A stretch of DNA of 62,557 nucleotides, filler included, from Bipalium vagum (lineage: Eukaryota): NCBI GenBank assembly GCA_037834085.1. It is 3 parts of 3 records of this genome, joined end to end, with 100 filler letters (N's around TTAATTAATTAA, not from the genome) between each part and the next. Parts side by side here need not be neighbours in the genome. Positions count along the whole stretch, not along the records: positions 1 to 29,751 come from JBBMKC010017121.1; 2 more parts are not named here. One strand, written 5' to 3'. The notes beneath the pieces are model-generated. The model was not told where the DNA came from. It searched no databases and saw only the letters and a list, made by a program, of their open reading frames with translations. A program made the translations under genes and the position numbers. Of this stretch, positions 9,801 through 22,409 are shown piece after piece (the stretch's first letter is position 1; the number at the start of each line of letters is the position of its first letter).

Positions 9801-12520
9801 GTCATTGATTGTTTGAATTGGAATGATTATACACAATTAAAGATCAGTACATAATTGTCAAATATCATAGGAATCACAATTATCATAAATATCGCATAAT
9901 GTCATTGATGCGGGTTAATTGGAAGGATTGGGTTTGTTTGAATTGTAACGGATGACTTTGGCGGATTTGGTCGTAGTCTTCACAATTGTATATAAGCAAT
10001 CAGAAAAGATTTTGTAACATTTAGGTACAAGGCAAACTGTTTTCGTGTTTGACATGCATATTCATCCAAAAAAGATTACAATTGTTGGTTTTCATATGCG
10101 GAAGTACAACCTGGACATTCATTGTCTTTCACACTGAAATCATCATTTTTGAAGCTCTTAAGCCAATGCTCACAAGTAACCTGAGATAATGTATGATCCC
10201 CATAGATTAGTCAAAGTATACAATAAGTTTCTGCAGCAGTTTTACTCATAATAAAATAGTGGATCATAACTGCACGCTATGTTCTTTACCAGGAAGAACT
10301 TTGTCATATTAAATCTTAAACTATTAAAAGTTGTAAAACTTTAATAATATTTAAATGATTATCCTAGTAAACAGTGTAATCAAAATAAAACAGTGTGAAC
10401 AAAATACTATATATATAATCAATAATATTTTTTCTTTTATATCATAAAAATAGATTTAAAATAATCTGTATTATTTAACATAATACAATGAAAGTAAATA
10501 ATTGAGGAATCAGGCTGGTTGTCAAATTTGTGATAAATACTGGCAAAAGCTTCGTGAAAAATAGTGTAGTCAAGTGGTGCCTCGAGCTCTTCAAGCAAGG
10601 CGACACCTGCCTCTAAGATCAACAATTTTGAGGATGACTTTCATTGATGAACAAAAAGGTAATGAGTGTGAAGTTAGACCACTGCTCTATCACCTGCAAA
10701 TTATCGGACGAACTGGGTCCTTCACAAGGCATCATTGCTCGTGATTTGCACAATTTTTGTTTTCTGTTAAAATCCTATTCAAGCTCCCATTATGTGCTAT
10801 AACACTATAATACAGACAGTTCGTTTGATTAATAACAAGTCCCAATTGATCATTTAAAAAATACAAATTTATTAATAATTTACGTTAGTAAAAAATCATT
10901 TTTGTTCATTTAAAAAGTATATCATAGTTATACATCACAAAAACCAATGAATCTAAGTAAAAATAATTGAAAGTTGGAATATTTTTACTATTCAGTAAGT
11001 AATCTTACCAAGAGAATATTTGAATTTATAAAATTTTATTTTTCCAGTTAAAAATCGAAGCTTTTAAGTAATTTTATTGTGAAATAATTCAACTTCCAAT
11101 TCTTTAATTATATAACAAGATATTGATTTAATTTACTTATAAAATGTGATAATTTAATTATTGATATAATTATAATTTTATTTTCTTAAAATTTAAAAAT
11201 GATTTTAAAATAAAAACCCAAAAGGTCTGATCTTTTGACGTATAAAATCAAATTAATTTGAACTTCCAATATCCACATCGTCGGTTTGACTACAAAAATA
11301 ATCTGTTCACTACGATTATTTCTATCTGATTCAGTCAAAAACGGTGGTGCCTGTACTAAATCAGCTCATTCTTATAAAGATTTTAAATAATTTTCAATCA
11401 AGCATTGTTACAAGGTTTATTGGCACTATTAAATAAATTTTTATGCGACTTTGTTTTAATTGATTTTTTATCACATTATATCTTTAGATAGAGGACTTTG
11501 TCAAAATATTAATGGAATTAATTGTCAGAATTTTTTCGAGTTGTTAATATTTATTAAAAATTATTAACATTCCTATTTCAAACAAACCTAAATTAAATTA
11601 TACACTTTTAGATCATAAATTTTATTGATCACGAAATGCTAGGCTTTATGTTTTTCAATAGGTTTTCTACTCCATCACATAAGGCCCGATTAACTCAAGA
11701 ATGGATGACTGAAAACTTCCATGAAAAGGTCACTTCTTATTTTTGGCCTCCAAACTCATTAGACTTAAACCTATTAGACTAGTACGTTTGAGGTAATATT
11801 GAGAAAGAGATCAATGGAAATTTCCTCAATACCTTAAGCTACCGTACTCAAAGTAATATCTAACAAGAGGCAGGGCCACCTAGTTAAGGTATGTAGGGAA
11901 TTTCGATCTCGTAGAATCAGCAGTGGTTCCTGCTAATTCTGGATTTTTGAAAAAACTCCAAAATAACTTCGATTTTTTTTATTCCGTGAACCATTTTTCA
12001 TCATTAAATTTATTACTTGTCATTATATTAATTCTCAAATACCTTACGCACCCTGTAAAATTAAAATATATATTTTAATTAAATCCACAATAAAATAATA
12101 TTTTATACATAAATTAAAAATAAATAAGGAATTAATAAGCCTGCGATTGGAGTATCAAATTAGTTAAAAATCCAGGTGTCATAGAAGTAAAAAATTAAAA
12201 CTTTATGGACTTCAGGTATTTTAATATTGACATTTTTTATAAATTTCGTTTAAAATCGAAAAATTCATGTATTTGTCTGTTTCATTAATCCTTATGTATA
12301 TCCTTTAGCTTGATATTTTAGCAATCAGGTGAACTACCTCATTGCCATGTTTTTATGATGTCTTTCATTTGTTATTTATTTTACAGTTTATTCACTATTT
12401 GGACTGTTTGAATATGTCTTTATTACTGTCAATATATTATTCCACACGTCTGTTGCCTCGGAAATCAGTTCTTTGTCAATGTTGGATATCATAAAACTGA
12501 GATCAAGCACTTCATGTTAA
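3879..12520 (+). CDS. PGAP2: PGAP2/Frag1-family GPI-remodelling membrane protein gene, multi-exon, penultimate exon apparently damaged
   Basis: Exons: 3879-4001 (..FCLFLSLYYNFNEVNSTHCR), 4044-4296 (VYNFLPSFSAAIG..IWK..FR..NCVEILSLITLSIYSSTEFY), 4337-4428 (EIHKTSFCLFLLSS..) and 12387-12520 (VYSLFGLFEYVFITVNILFHTS..). These match the PGAP2 motifs THC-V.N.LPS.S.AIG, SS.E...H...F..F and VY..FA..EY..V..N..FH. GT-AG introns of 42 and 40 nt keep the frame. The true start may lie further upstream (acceptor at 3848). Confidence 0.8.
5670..5910 (-). pseudogene. mariner transposase C-terminal relic with terminal inverted repeat (TIR)
   Basis: FLRDRQFK..DDIRQAFNEFVDSRNQEYYATGINNLATRWQKCNNTSGTYFD is a typical mariner C-terminus (GI..L..RW.KC....G.YFD). 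TAGGTTGG.. TIR-like sequence at ~5671. Confidence 0.8.
6022..6305. mobile_element. MITE with long TIRs, probably Merlin-derived
   Basis: GGTTCTATTTTACTTTAACAACCCTGTGTTATAA(G)CAGACCA at 6022 is inverted at the 6305 end (~42 bp, one mismatch). The flanks TTATTTTT and TAATTTTT form a near-perfect 8-bp TSD. GG..CC termini. Confidence 0.85.
7750..10330 (-). mobile_element. Degenerate mariner element interrupted by a solo LTR
   Basis: Right part encodes MIHYFIMSKTAAETYCIL..YGDHTLSQVTCEHWLKSFKNDDFSV. Left part encodes MDKI..VPHK, ILCIWWDQKG, TINSDSYQKQ and RHGKIIILHDN. Removing 8026-9984 plus one ATTG restores LYTMDKI. TIR-like TATTAGAATTGGTCAAAAG near 7750. Confidence 0.85.
8026..9984 (-). mobile_element. 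Solo LTR, family A (1959 bp)
   Basis: TGTTAAGATC...GTCTTCACA termini with a perfect 4-bp TSD ATTG (8022-8025 and 9985-9988). The minus strand has a CCAAT motif (~9085), TATTTAAA (~9010) and AATAAA (~8160). Homologous to 16881.., ..30226 and 46232.. Confidence 0.85.
10490..10800 (+). pseudogene. mariner transposase N-terminal relic (second family)
   Basis: VVKWCLELFKQGDTCL*DQ and ITCKLSDELGPSQGIIARDLH resemble mariner W..RFK.GDT.L.D and the second HTH. Confidence 0.55.
11650..12057 (+). pseudogene. Tc1/mariner-superfamily (maT/DD37D-like) transposase C-terminal relic with TIR
   Basis: TPSHKARLTQEWMTENF...FWPPNSLDLNLLD*YV*G matches WPP.SPDLNPLDY.VW. Ends in ...CGCACCCTG|TA. Confidence 0.75.
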
Positions 12521-15500
12521 GTCATTTTTCTGGGTATGTTGAATTTGTTCTTCCGACAATATTGTAGTAGAAATAATATAGTTAAAGCAACACTCAAATG
12601 TGACTGTAAAAGGTATTTCTTAGATTGTCATTTATAAATTTGACATCAGTTTTACTATTTTTGTGACTGGTTATGTTTAAAACATACGCGATTTTTTTTT
12701 CGCTGACTGTAATTTTACTTTAATAACGGTAACAGCATTATATCAGTAAGTTTAGAAATAAAAATATCTTCCAAATCTTTTTGCTTTATTTCTCATCAAT
12801 TTTTTAAGATTTTATTAAAATAGTCTTATCATATTTTTAAAAGAATTTACGTACTGATTTTATATTATTTGCTTGAGCTTAAAGTTTAATGTCATTATTG
12901 GGCATTATTTTCGACTAACTTAATATTTTGATGATTGTTAATATCTCATTAACCGAACCCGCAAAAAATTCAAATCAAATATTTTTTTGTACGCTTATTG
13001 CGCAATACCTAATTACTCTTTGAAATCACGAAATTTTAAGTGTAAAAGATTATTTTATGAAGTCACAATTTACATCGAAGTTATCACGAAATGTGTCAAA
13101 TAGAACTCTAGGTAAACAACAAATTTTCAAATTATCTCTATAAAGCAGCAATAGCTGAGATCCTCATAAGCTCCAAGATCACATTGATGAAAAGAAAATT
13201 AAATTAAAAGGTTATTAAAAATTAATTAGTTTTACTAATAAAAAAACTATCTTGAGTCAATTTCAACTGAGGACAATTCTGTTATTTACAGTACTATTTT
13301 ATAAATAATTTACATTGGTCTTTGTCCGTACATAATTCTTGATGTAACGCATAATCATTTAATGTAAAAACCTTCATGTTTCCAATTTTCAAATAAGTCA
13401 TTGATAAAGTTTAGATAATTTACTGAGGCGATTGAAGATCTAAAAGTGAGAAAATTTATGTTCTTTATGTTAAACTCATTTTCCTTATAAAATAGTGTTC
13501 GTTGCTTTACAACAATTCATTAACTTCTTTCTTACTTATACAATTATTTACATAAATATTATTATCTATATGTAATTTCATGATTTCACTGTAAATAATA
13601 AAATTTTAGAATTATTTTTGTATAAATATTTTTATTAATTTTAAAACTTTTAAAGTAAAAACATCTGAAAATGAATTTTAGAACAGTTAGCATATAAAAT
13701 TAGAGAAAAAGTATTTGGATTTATAAATATTTTTATTCCAAAAAATTGGACTGAGAAAATTTTAAAAATCAATGAGAAGCTATTAGATCGATATATTAGG
13801 TGTACATATAAGTTTTAAAGCGTTTTTAATAAACCTATTTCTTCAATGTATTGATGAATAATAATGGTTTTTTGAGTATCTATATTAAAGTCTGTTTTTA
13901 TACACAACAATTTAGAAATGGAAAATATGAAAAACTGAATGTTTATTCACCATTCTATTCGATAAAAATTTCATCAGAAAAAATCTGCAGCACAAATCTG
14001 ATCGTACTTGGAGTTGATATTGTTTTCTAAATTTCGGACAAAAAAATTCGATCTGATTGACCAGTAGTGTATCGAGGCTTCTTCTAGTGTCAAATCTGTC
14101 GATCATCATCTGTGACTGACAGTTAAAATATCTAAAAGTTATATTACTGATAATAATAATAATACAGAATATATAAATTAAAATTACGAAAAGAATATAA
14201 AAAATTAAAATAAATGTGATCAACAAAAATAAAAACAAGAAATGAAAACCTTACCATACTAATAATAATTACGTTATTATTAACATAAATAATAATTGAC
14301 AAATCATGAAATTTTAAAATAATTGACAACATCATTATGACATCAACATGTATAAGCAAAAGGAAAAACAACTCTGTATACAACGTCAAAATCATAATTA
14401 CTCACTTAAGAAAATTTTAGTTTATTTCACAGAAAGTTGAAAATTAACGAAAAATTTAAAGCAAAGGTTGCAGAAAAATAATAATAAAATTTTACAGATA
14501 AATTTCAAGAGTATTTACAAATCCATATTTTTCTTTTTGTGTTCTTCTCTTTAGATTGTAGATTGATATCTCCTTTAATTAATTAAGGTTGTCATTGTGA
14601 TCTATTGATTTTGTGTCATTTTAAACCTTTGTAAAATGTATTATAATCAATAAAAGTTTTAAAGAGTTGTTTTCATTATTTTGTGATTGGTACCTTCACA
14701 TTTAAATAGGAGTTAGAGTAAAAGATACAATACAAATCTTAATAAACTTTTATTGTTATTAAATAAATAAAAATAAAATAATTTTTGCTCGCAGGTGAAC
14801 CGATAACTAAGTAAATAATAGTAACTCAAAAAAATTAAAAAGCTATATTCGATTACGAATTATAAGTTATTAATTAAATTAAATAAATACTAAGGATTGG
14901 ACAGCTGCTCCAATACCTTAGAATAGACTAATTGTTATCTTTTTTCTTACTTCTCAGTATTTTCTTTTTTTCTGTTCTCCACGTCTAGTAGGACCCAATT
15001 TTTAACTGGGGGCTCTTGAGAGTAAGATACCGAATGGTGATCTGACTTTTCTCTTAATTCTTTATCTCGGGTTTTAATTCCAAAGTAAAATTTTGTTAAG
15101 TCTCTTAAAAATGGAGCTAGCACTAAGAGCTTAACGGGGAGAAAATTAATTTTTTAAGAGTGAACGAAATATGAATTTAAATCGACTAAAAGAACTAATT
15201 GATTTTTAAATCTTTATTGACACTAAAAAGTGAATTAACAAGGCAAGAGTGATTGCTGTTTGAACAATCCTCTGCAAGAAAACTTTCCCAGAGTTTAAGA
15301 TTTATTAAAGGAAGGAAATCTTTTCACAATGATAAAAATACCAGTGTCTCAAAAGCCCTCAAAGATAGGTAATTCACCACCCTAATTAGTGTGTGAAATA
15401 CGAAAAAAAAAGATCTGCGACGGAAGTGAAGAAATGAACAAAAACAATTATTTGATTTTAGGACTAAACCCTAACACTTATTTAGAAGATGTTTAATTAA

Positions 15501-16880
15501 GAAAGTTGCATAATTTATTAAAATTATCAACTATTAAGTATGATTTTGAAACAGTTATTTAATTTTATTTATTTTATAAGAGTTGTGTAATTTTATTAAA
15601 AATTACCAACTATGAATATGATTTTAATAATTTATCAATCAATTATTTACCAGTAATTATGTAATCCTATTGAATTACTAATTACAGTATATTAAAAATA
15701 AAATAATATAATAATAATAATAATATAATACAATTTACTTTAGTGAATATATTGATTGATAATTTGTGAATCGAATGTCGAAACCAACTTGACACTATTG
15801 ATTATGACCGTGGAATTTATGTTTGTTTATTATAATGTAAAACATGCACTGATGAATATATGTTTGGAATTTATGCCGGATTTCTGCAGTGAAAATGTGA
15901 GTGTGTGTTTTTTGATTTGAATGTGTGATTTATATATGTATATATTTTCGTATCTTTTTATAATTATAATTACTTTGTTACTAATTTTAGATTTTGTTTT
16001 AATATATTTCCTTAAATAATTCTTACATAAATATTATTTATTTCAATCTATTTTTAGTAAGTTGAACTTACTAAATTATATTTTTATATATTTTTGTTTT
16101 TGAGTAATGATAATGACAATAATAATAATTAATTACGTAATTTATATTTTATTTATTTTATAATAAATATTTTTCTGCAAGGGTTCTTGTTACATAAAAA
16201 TCAAATTAAAATAAATATTAAAATAACAACAAAATTTTTTATTAACATAAATAAAACTGTTTTTTGGAATTAAAATCATTGTTAATGACGATCATAATAT
16301 TATTTGTTTTTTGTTTATTTCGAGTCTCCAAAACTGTACTGAAAATAAAGTTGTTTGACTTATATAAATATATTTATAAAACAATTTGTTAACTCTGTTG
16401 ATCGATAAAAAAGTTTTGAAAAGTTTATTGTTTATAATGTTGCAATCAATATTTGTTAATTTTATCATTTTAAAAAGTTCAACTTTTCGTAATAAGCATT
16501 TTTATTGTGATTCAAAAACAACTTCGAACGTACGCGCACTAAATCCTTTTGAATATACGTATAGTTTATGTGATGTTCTTAGAAAGTCCAATATTGATAT
16601 TCTTAACCCAACTAAATATTAATGATCATTTTCATATTATCTTTTTAGTGAAACTTAACATTATCTAATTCAGACATTTGATGATCGAAGATATTTGGAA
16701 TATGAGAAAATGATTTTATCTGTTAAAAGATCTAGATATCTTTTGTGGGATCCATTTAAACTTAAGTTACTTAATCAAAGCTTTTGGAGTTTCAATTTTA
16801 TATAAACTTTTCAATCACTTTCAAAAATTTATATGATCTCCAGCATTTTTCTGACTGCATAGTAGTTTACCACTAAAATT

Positions 16881-19800
16881 TGTTAAGATCCTAAGTGGGT
16901 GGTTAAAATGATGTTAGAATTTGGAGCTTGAGTTTAACTTAGGTCTCAACGGTTGAAGGTTGCAAAAAGTTGTGTTCGTTAAAATTATTTAAATAAACTG
17001 AGATAACGATATAGGTTTAATACTTTTATTTAAATCGAAATTAAACTTTATTATTACAGATGAGTGATAACAATTCTGACGGATTAAGATTTTATTAATT
17101 ACAATTATTATTTATAAAAATTCTCTCGTTCTTAGGCTCAGAGGTCCTCAATAAAGAAAAACAAATATATTTCACCACTCTACTTAGTGGGTGAAATATG
17201 AACAAAAAGAAACAAAAGTTATAACTTAAGAAAAGGAACTCAAAAAGTTATTTGATGCGTAGGTCCTAGCCTGAGAATTTAATTATTATTATTTGCTGCA
17301 AACTATGTCTTGTCTAACAAGATACGCTTGGTTAATTGAATATGGAAATGTAAAATAAAAGTTATTATCAATCGATACCAGTCTTGCAAATTTAATTTGA
17401 AGCCGGTTTATATTATATTATCAAATATAACTATTAAAACTTTAACTAAAATATCAAATATTCTTTCAAACTTTTACAACTACTTATTATAATAGTAAAA
17501 GGTTTTAAAATTTTAAATTTTAAACCACAATGAAACGAAATATATGTGAACGGATTTTTTCAATAACGAAAACTAATTAAAATATGTATTGACTTTGATA
17601 CTCTTCAGCATCAAGTAAATAAAACTAATAAAAATTACGTTCTAAATAAATTCAAGCATAAAAAGCAGTTGGATGGCGTCGACAATTAATTTGAATGAAT
17701 TGGACAGAAGCTACAGGGGTTGAGTAGATTTGCACAAAACGGATGGTGTCTATCGGGTTGGAATAAAATTGCAGAAATTGAGGAGTTCCTCTTGGGAGTG
17801 CGAATACTCTGATGAATTGTGTTGTTCCTGGTGCAGTCGGGTAAACGCGAATGAATTAGATGGTCTCAATTGTGGATTATCAGTATTAAAGATCTTGATG
17901 TTTTCTGCTTTTTCTTTTTTTTCTTTTCCCCCTTCTTGATGCTGAATTTGCGTTCTTTAAATACTGTTACTGAATGACAATTTCTTCCTGTAATTAGTAA
18001 TGATTTCTGCTGATAATTGTTCAGCTTCTTCCGGTAATTTCTGAAAAGTTTTGATCTGCTTTTTCCTTTGAGATAAAATATGATTCGAATTATAGATAAT
18101 CGCTGGTTGCTAATTTAATATGAATATTTGCTGATTGCTGAAGTGAATTGAATTGAAGATAATTGCTGGTCGCTGATTGTTGTAGCAATATATTATTTTT
18201 ATATTATATTTCTTTGTTTTTGTTTTTTGTGTGTCTTTTAGAATTTTTCACTTTCTTTTATATGGTTATTTTTTTTCAAGTTTTTATTTTTAGTAACTTT
18301 ATTTTACTTTAATTAACTTACTTAATTTATTTTGTTTTTAATTTTAATATTAACCATAAAATTTTTCCTTAATTTTTTATTTTTAGTAACTTAATGTTAC
18401 TTAAAAATTTTTCTTTTATAAATTTAATAATAATACCTATAATTATTATATTTTTAATTATTATTTAATTATTATTTTATTATTCGGTCAGAATTGTTTA
18501 AACAAACAAATATACAATATATATATATATTTTGCATTTCAAAGATATACATGACACATGCACATTTTTAGAATGATCATAAAAGTTTTTGTCTATACAC
18601 AAATAAAGTTTTTAATTCAAATTCATGCACAGTTTTTAGAATGATCACAAATGAAAGTTTTAAGGTTGGAAAGGTTGGATATCTTTATTGGTTGATCCGC
18701 CTGGCTTTGATGTTGTAGAAGGGTTTGTTGCTTGTCGTTGACGTAGTCTCCACACAACAATACAAATAAATAATAATTTATATATTATTTAACATGATAT
18801 TTCATTCCATTATTACTTAATTTTATATTATTTTATTATCCATTAATTATCATTTTATTATTTATTTTTCAATCAAGGACGATTTACATTTTTTATTACA
18901 TATATTTTTATATAAAGTGTTGGATCAAAACTTTATAACCATATATACACTAAAGTTCGAAAATATCATTACAATTAAAAATCAAAACACATTATCATTC
19001 CAAAAGATCACAAAACATATAATTAAACTTTAATTCATGGTTCGAAAAGGATAAGGATCACAACAATGTCAATGTTTTGATCAGTCTTTGGCTGTCGATT
19101 TTGAGGTTTTCTGTTTTTGCTGTTCTTGACCGTCTTGGATTGTTTGATCTTGTTGAAGTCTCCACATTTCTCCGGTGGATTCAAAATTTTTGTCCCCAAA
19201 AGAAGGTTGAGGCATGTGTAAAATGACATGCTCACTCCTGGGACAATGGACAATTACTGCTACTACTTCGAATGCTTTCCCCTATGGAGATAGTATAGAT
19301 TTAGGGTTTGTAAGATTGTGAGTTATGTATGCCTCCTGTTTTATTTTCTTTCCTAGAAATTTTGTTAAGGGCGCATCTATGTCTAATGGGTGGGTTATTG
19401 GTAAAGCTCGAAAGGCTTGTGTACTATTTGTTTCTTTAATGCTTGTATCCTCAGTATGTGATTCTGTTGGGAAGAATAATTCCTTAGCCCGTCGAACCAA
19501 ACTCGGAACACGCATGCGCTTCCGGTTTTTCTTCGGTTTTGGCGATGCTATAGGGCTTAGTATTTTATCTAAAAGCGGGATTAAATCGAGGGGGATTTTT
19601 GCTGCTTTTCTTAGGGGTACTGGCGGTGCTGGTAGGTCAAAAGGACCGTTGTCAATATCGTCTATTGTTAGAATACAATCCTCGTATTCTGATGAGTCAA
19701 AAGAAATGTTAGACGTCATAAATACGAGATCAGGATCGGTTGCTGGGGTGATATTCGTTTCTTTTATAGCATGTGGGCATTGTATCTTATTTTTTTGACA

Positions 19801-20283
19801 ATTTCGGTGTCAGCTAATGGGCTTTCGGTTGCGATTATGTCGTTAAATATCCTTTTGCTCTACCGTTACCAAAAGGACAGTAGGGTGGAGGTGGAGGAGG
19901 TGGATTTTCAATTCTTTCATTAATCTGATTGTCTGCGCTATTTCTTTGGTGTTTTGTAGCTCCCTTAGGGTATTTAATTCATACTTAAACCAACTTTCCC
20001 TGACGTAATGCATGTTTTTGTAACATTGTACGTCATTTTAATTATTTAATTAATAAAATATCTTCTTGACTTTACGATAGTCGAAGAAGTCCTGATGACA
20101 GAAATGCGTATTCTGTCGACTAGAGCGAAGCAGAATCGAATTAGCGAGAGAACAATAAAAAAGAATAAAGAAAATATTAAAAAGTTATTGATGAGAAGAA
20201 TTTCCTTCTATCACCAAATAAATTTTAATTAATTATTTATTTAAATTTAACTCTATCGGTTAAACACTTTTGGAATTAATACA
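16881..20283 (-). mobile_element. Composite LTR-like element: family-B head, ORF-bearing segment, purine tract, two stacked family-A starts, family-A end
   Basis: TGTTAAGATCC at 16881 and GGAATTAATACA at 20283, both flanked by AATT. Internal family-A termini GTCTCCACA end at 18754 and 19166. 16881-17340 is homologous to 8026-8470. Confidence 0.65.
19282..20010 (-). pseudogene. Proline/basic-rich accessory ORF inside the composite element (145-aa open part 19282-19719, frameshifted upstream part)
   Basis: GC-richer coding-like segment containing LPAPPVPLRK and SPKPKKNRKRMR. Upstream frames include ENPPPPPPPYCPF. No recognisable domain. Confidence 0.4.
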
Positions 20284-21498
20284 AATTCATAGAGATTATT
20301 TGCTTGCTTTATTTTGTTAAAAATTATATTATTAAATTGCAGGGTTTCATATTTTATTTTTTAAAAATATTTTCTAGGCGGTTAAATATTGAAGGGTTAT
20401 GCGCATAAAAACTTAAATCTATTAACGTTTCAATTATTTACGATTAAATTTTGACTTTCCTATTTTACACCACTGTTGGTAAAATTTGTTTCCACATTTG
20501 TTCATTGCGCAACATACGTTAATGTTACGTTTTCTTATTACGGACCCATATCTTGCTATTTTCCAAATACCATACGGCATACTTACATACTTACATTATA
20601 TATTAACTTCATATTTGCTGGTATTGAAAATCAGAAGCATAGTTTTTTCTCTGTTGTAATATTTCACCAGTTGCGAGAATAATGAAATCATTTTATGTAA
20701 TTAAGGCTCATCTGGGACACACCATGACTGCTAACGTTTAACCTCTGACACATACACTGTACATATTTCATTTTTCGCTTCTCTCACTAACATGGTCTAT
20801 GTCATTTTGCATCTGCCTTGGCAAATTTTGGTGCCCACTCCGAGTTCCAGTTGGCTTTCGGACATTTCAGACATTGGCTTTAGAGTTAGATTACATTCTG
20901 TATTTGGGGCTACCTATTTGTGCTAAAAAAAATTTCCAAGATAAAGTATTTGAAATCAAATTAAATGATAGATTTATCATATGATCATTTGCAATTACTT
21001 CTTATATTTGGTGTTTCAGAATTTAATTTCAACTTTAAAGACATTTTCAGCCAAAACAAAACTTCATCATTCACATTAAAATTTTTATTAAATACATTTT
21101 TAATTATGTATAATTTAGCCTTGTTTGTTTATTATTTTTTATCTGTAATTAACTTATTATTAATTGTGTCATTACATTTACTGTAAAAATAAAAAAAGTA
21201 ATAAAATTATCCTGAAACACTTTCTTGTTCCAGCAAAATGGATTTCAATTCCAATCCTGACCCGTGTGGCACAAAATTTGGTCATTCCTACTTTAGTATA
21301 CAATTAACAAAGATATAAAATTATTTATGATTTTTAATTCATATTAATGTATAAAATTACTCTTAAAATTAAATAAATGAGGCAATAGGTTATACTCAAC
21401 ATTAAAATAAAAAATCCTTTTCATGATTGGTATTACATATTTTAAGTTCTATTTCATTTGTTTAACTAATTATATAATTTAAAATAACCGTTTTGCAA

Positions 21499-22409
21499 AT
21501 GTCGACATTTAAAGACCGAATTGACGATCTTCTTAAAACTGTTGAAGCTGAACAAGTTTTATAATCTATAATTATATCTAATTGACGCTCCTTTTAGGTT
21601 TTCACTTTGATTCTTGATGATTGTAAGAATTCGAATGTTTCGGATATACCTCCATTTGCAAATTTGAAAACACTTAGCATTGTTAATTCTGGACTAACGT
21701 CACTTGCTAATTTCCCCGAGTTGACTAATTTGAGAAAAGTTTTTAATTTTCTTTATTAAGTCAATTTTATAACTATTTCAGTTGGATTTGAGTGATAACA
21801 AGATTGTTGATGGTTTGGAACATTTAAAAATGTGTAAAAATCTTCGACAGCTATTACTAAGCGGAAATAGAATTAAGACAATAGATCAATTGAAAGTTCT
21901 GAGTGAATTTGAATACCTGGAAGTGTTGGATCTGATTAGCTGTGATATTAACAATATTGACGGCTATAGAGAGCAAGTTTTTTCTCTACTTCCAAAATTG
22001 GTATACTTAGATGGCGAAAATAAGTATTACTTCGTTAATAACTAATTTTTTTTATCTTGTCTTTTCATAGAAATGGTGAAGAGTATGAAGATTCGGATTA
22101 CGATGAATCTGATGGTAGTAATTTATTTTTATTTAGTCTTATTTTTATTTTTGATAAGGTGACGAATTGAGCATGGCCGATCTACTGAAAGCTGAGCATA
22201 CCAATGATTTTCTAGATGACGAAGAGCCTTACGTCCCACCAAACGAAGAGGATCATGATGAAACGGAGGAATCTGACTTATCTGATGCTGATGAAGATGC
22301 TGACCCAACTGTCTTGAGTCCAGCTGGTGTCAGTGATGGAAAAAGATGTCAAAAGCGAAGAATAGATAATGGTGATGTGGAATCGTCTCCATGCAAAAAG
22401 TCGAATTGA
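21499..22409 (+). CDS. ANP32: ANP32-family acidic leucine-rich nuclear phosphoprotein (~244 aa, 5 exons)
   Basis: Exons 21499-21555, 21598-21738, 21782-22023, 22071-22114 and 22159-22409 join in frame through GT-AG introns of 42, 43, 47 and 44 nt. The protein has LRRs (LTSLANFPELTNLRKLDLSDNKI, LSGNRIK), an LRRcap (YREQVFSLLPKLVYLDG), an acidic tail and a basic NLS-like KRCQKRR. Confidence 0.93.

Noticed and set aside
20079-20125. CTGATGA followed by a stem, possible hammerhead in family B
   Set aside because: No GAAA after stem II, and the core is not conserved in the 2600 copy.
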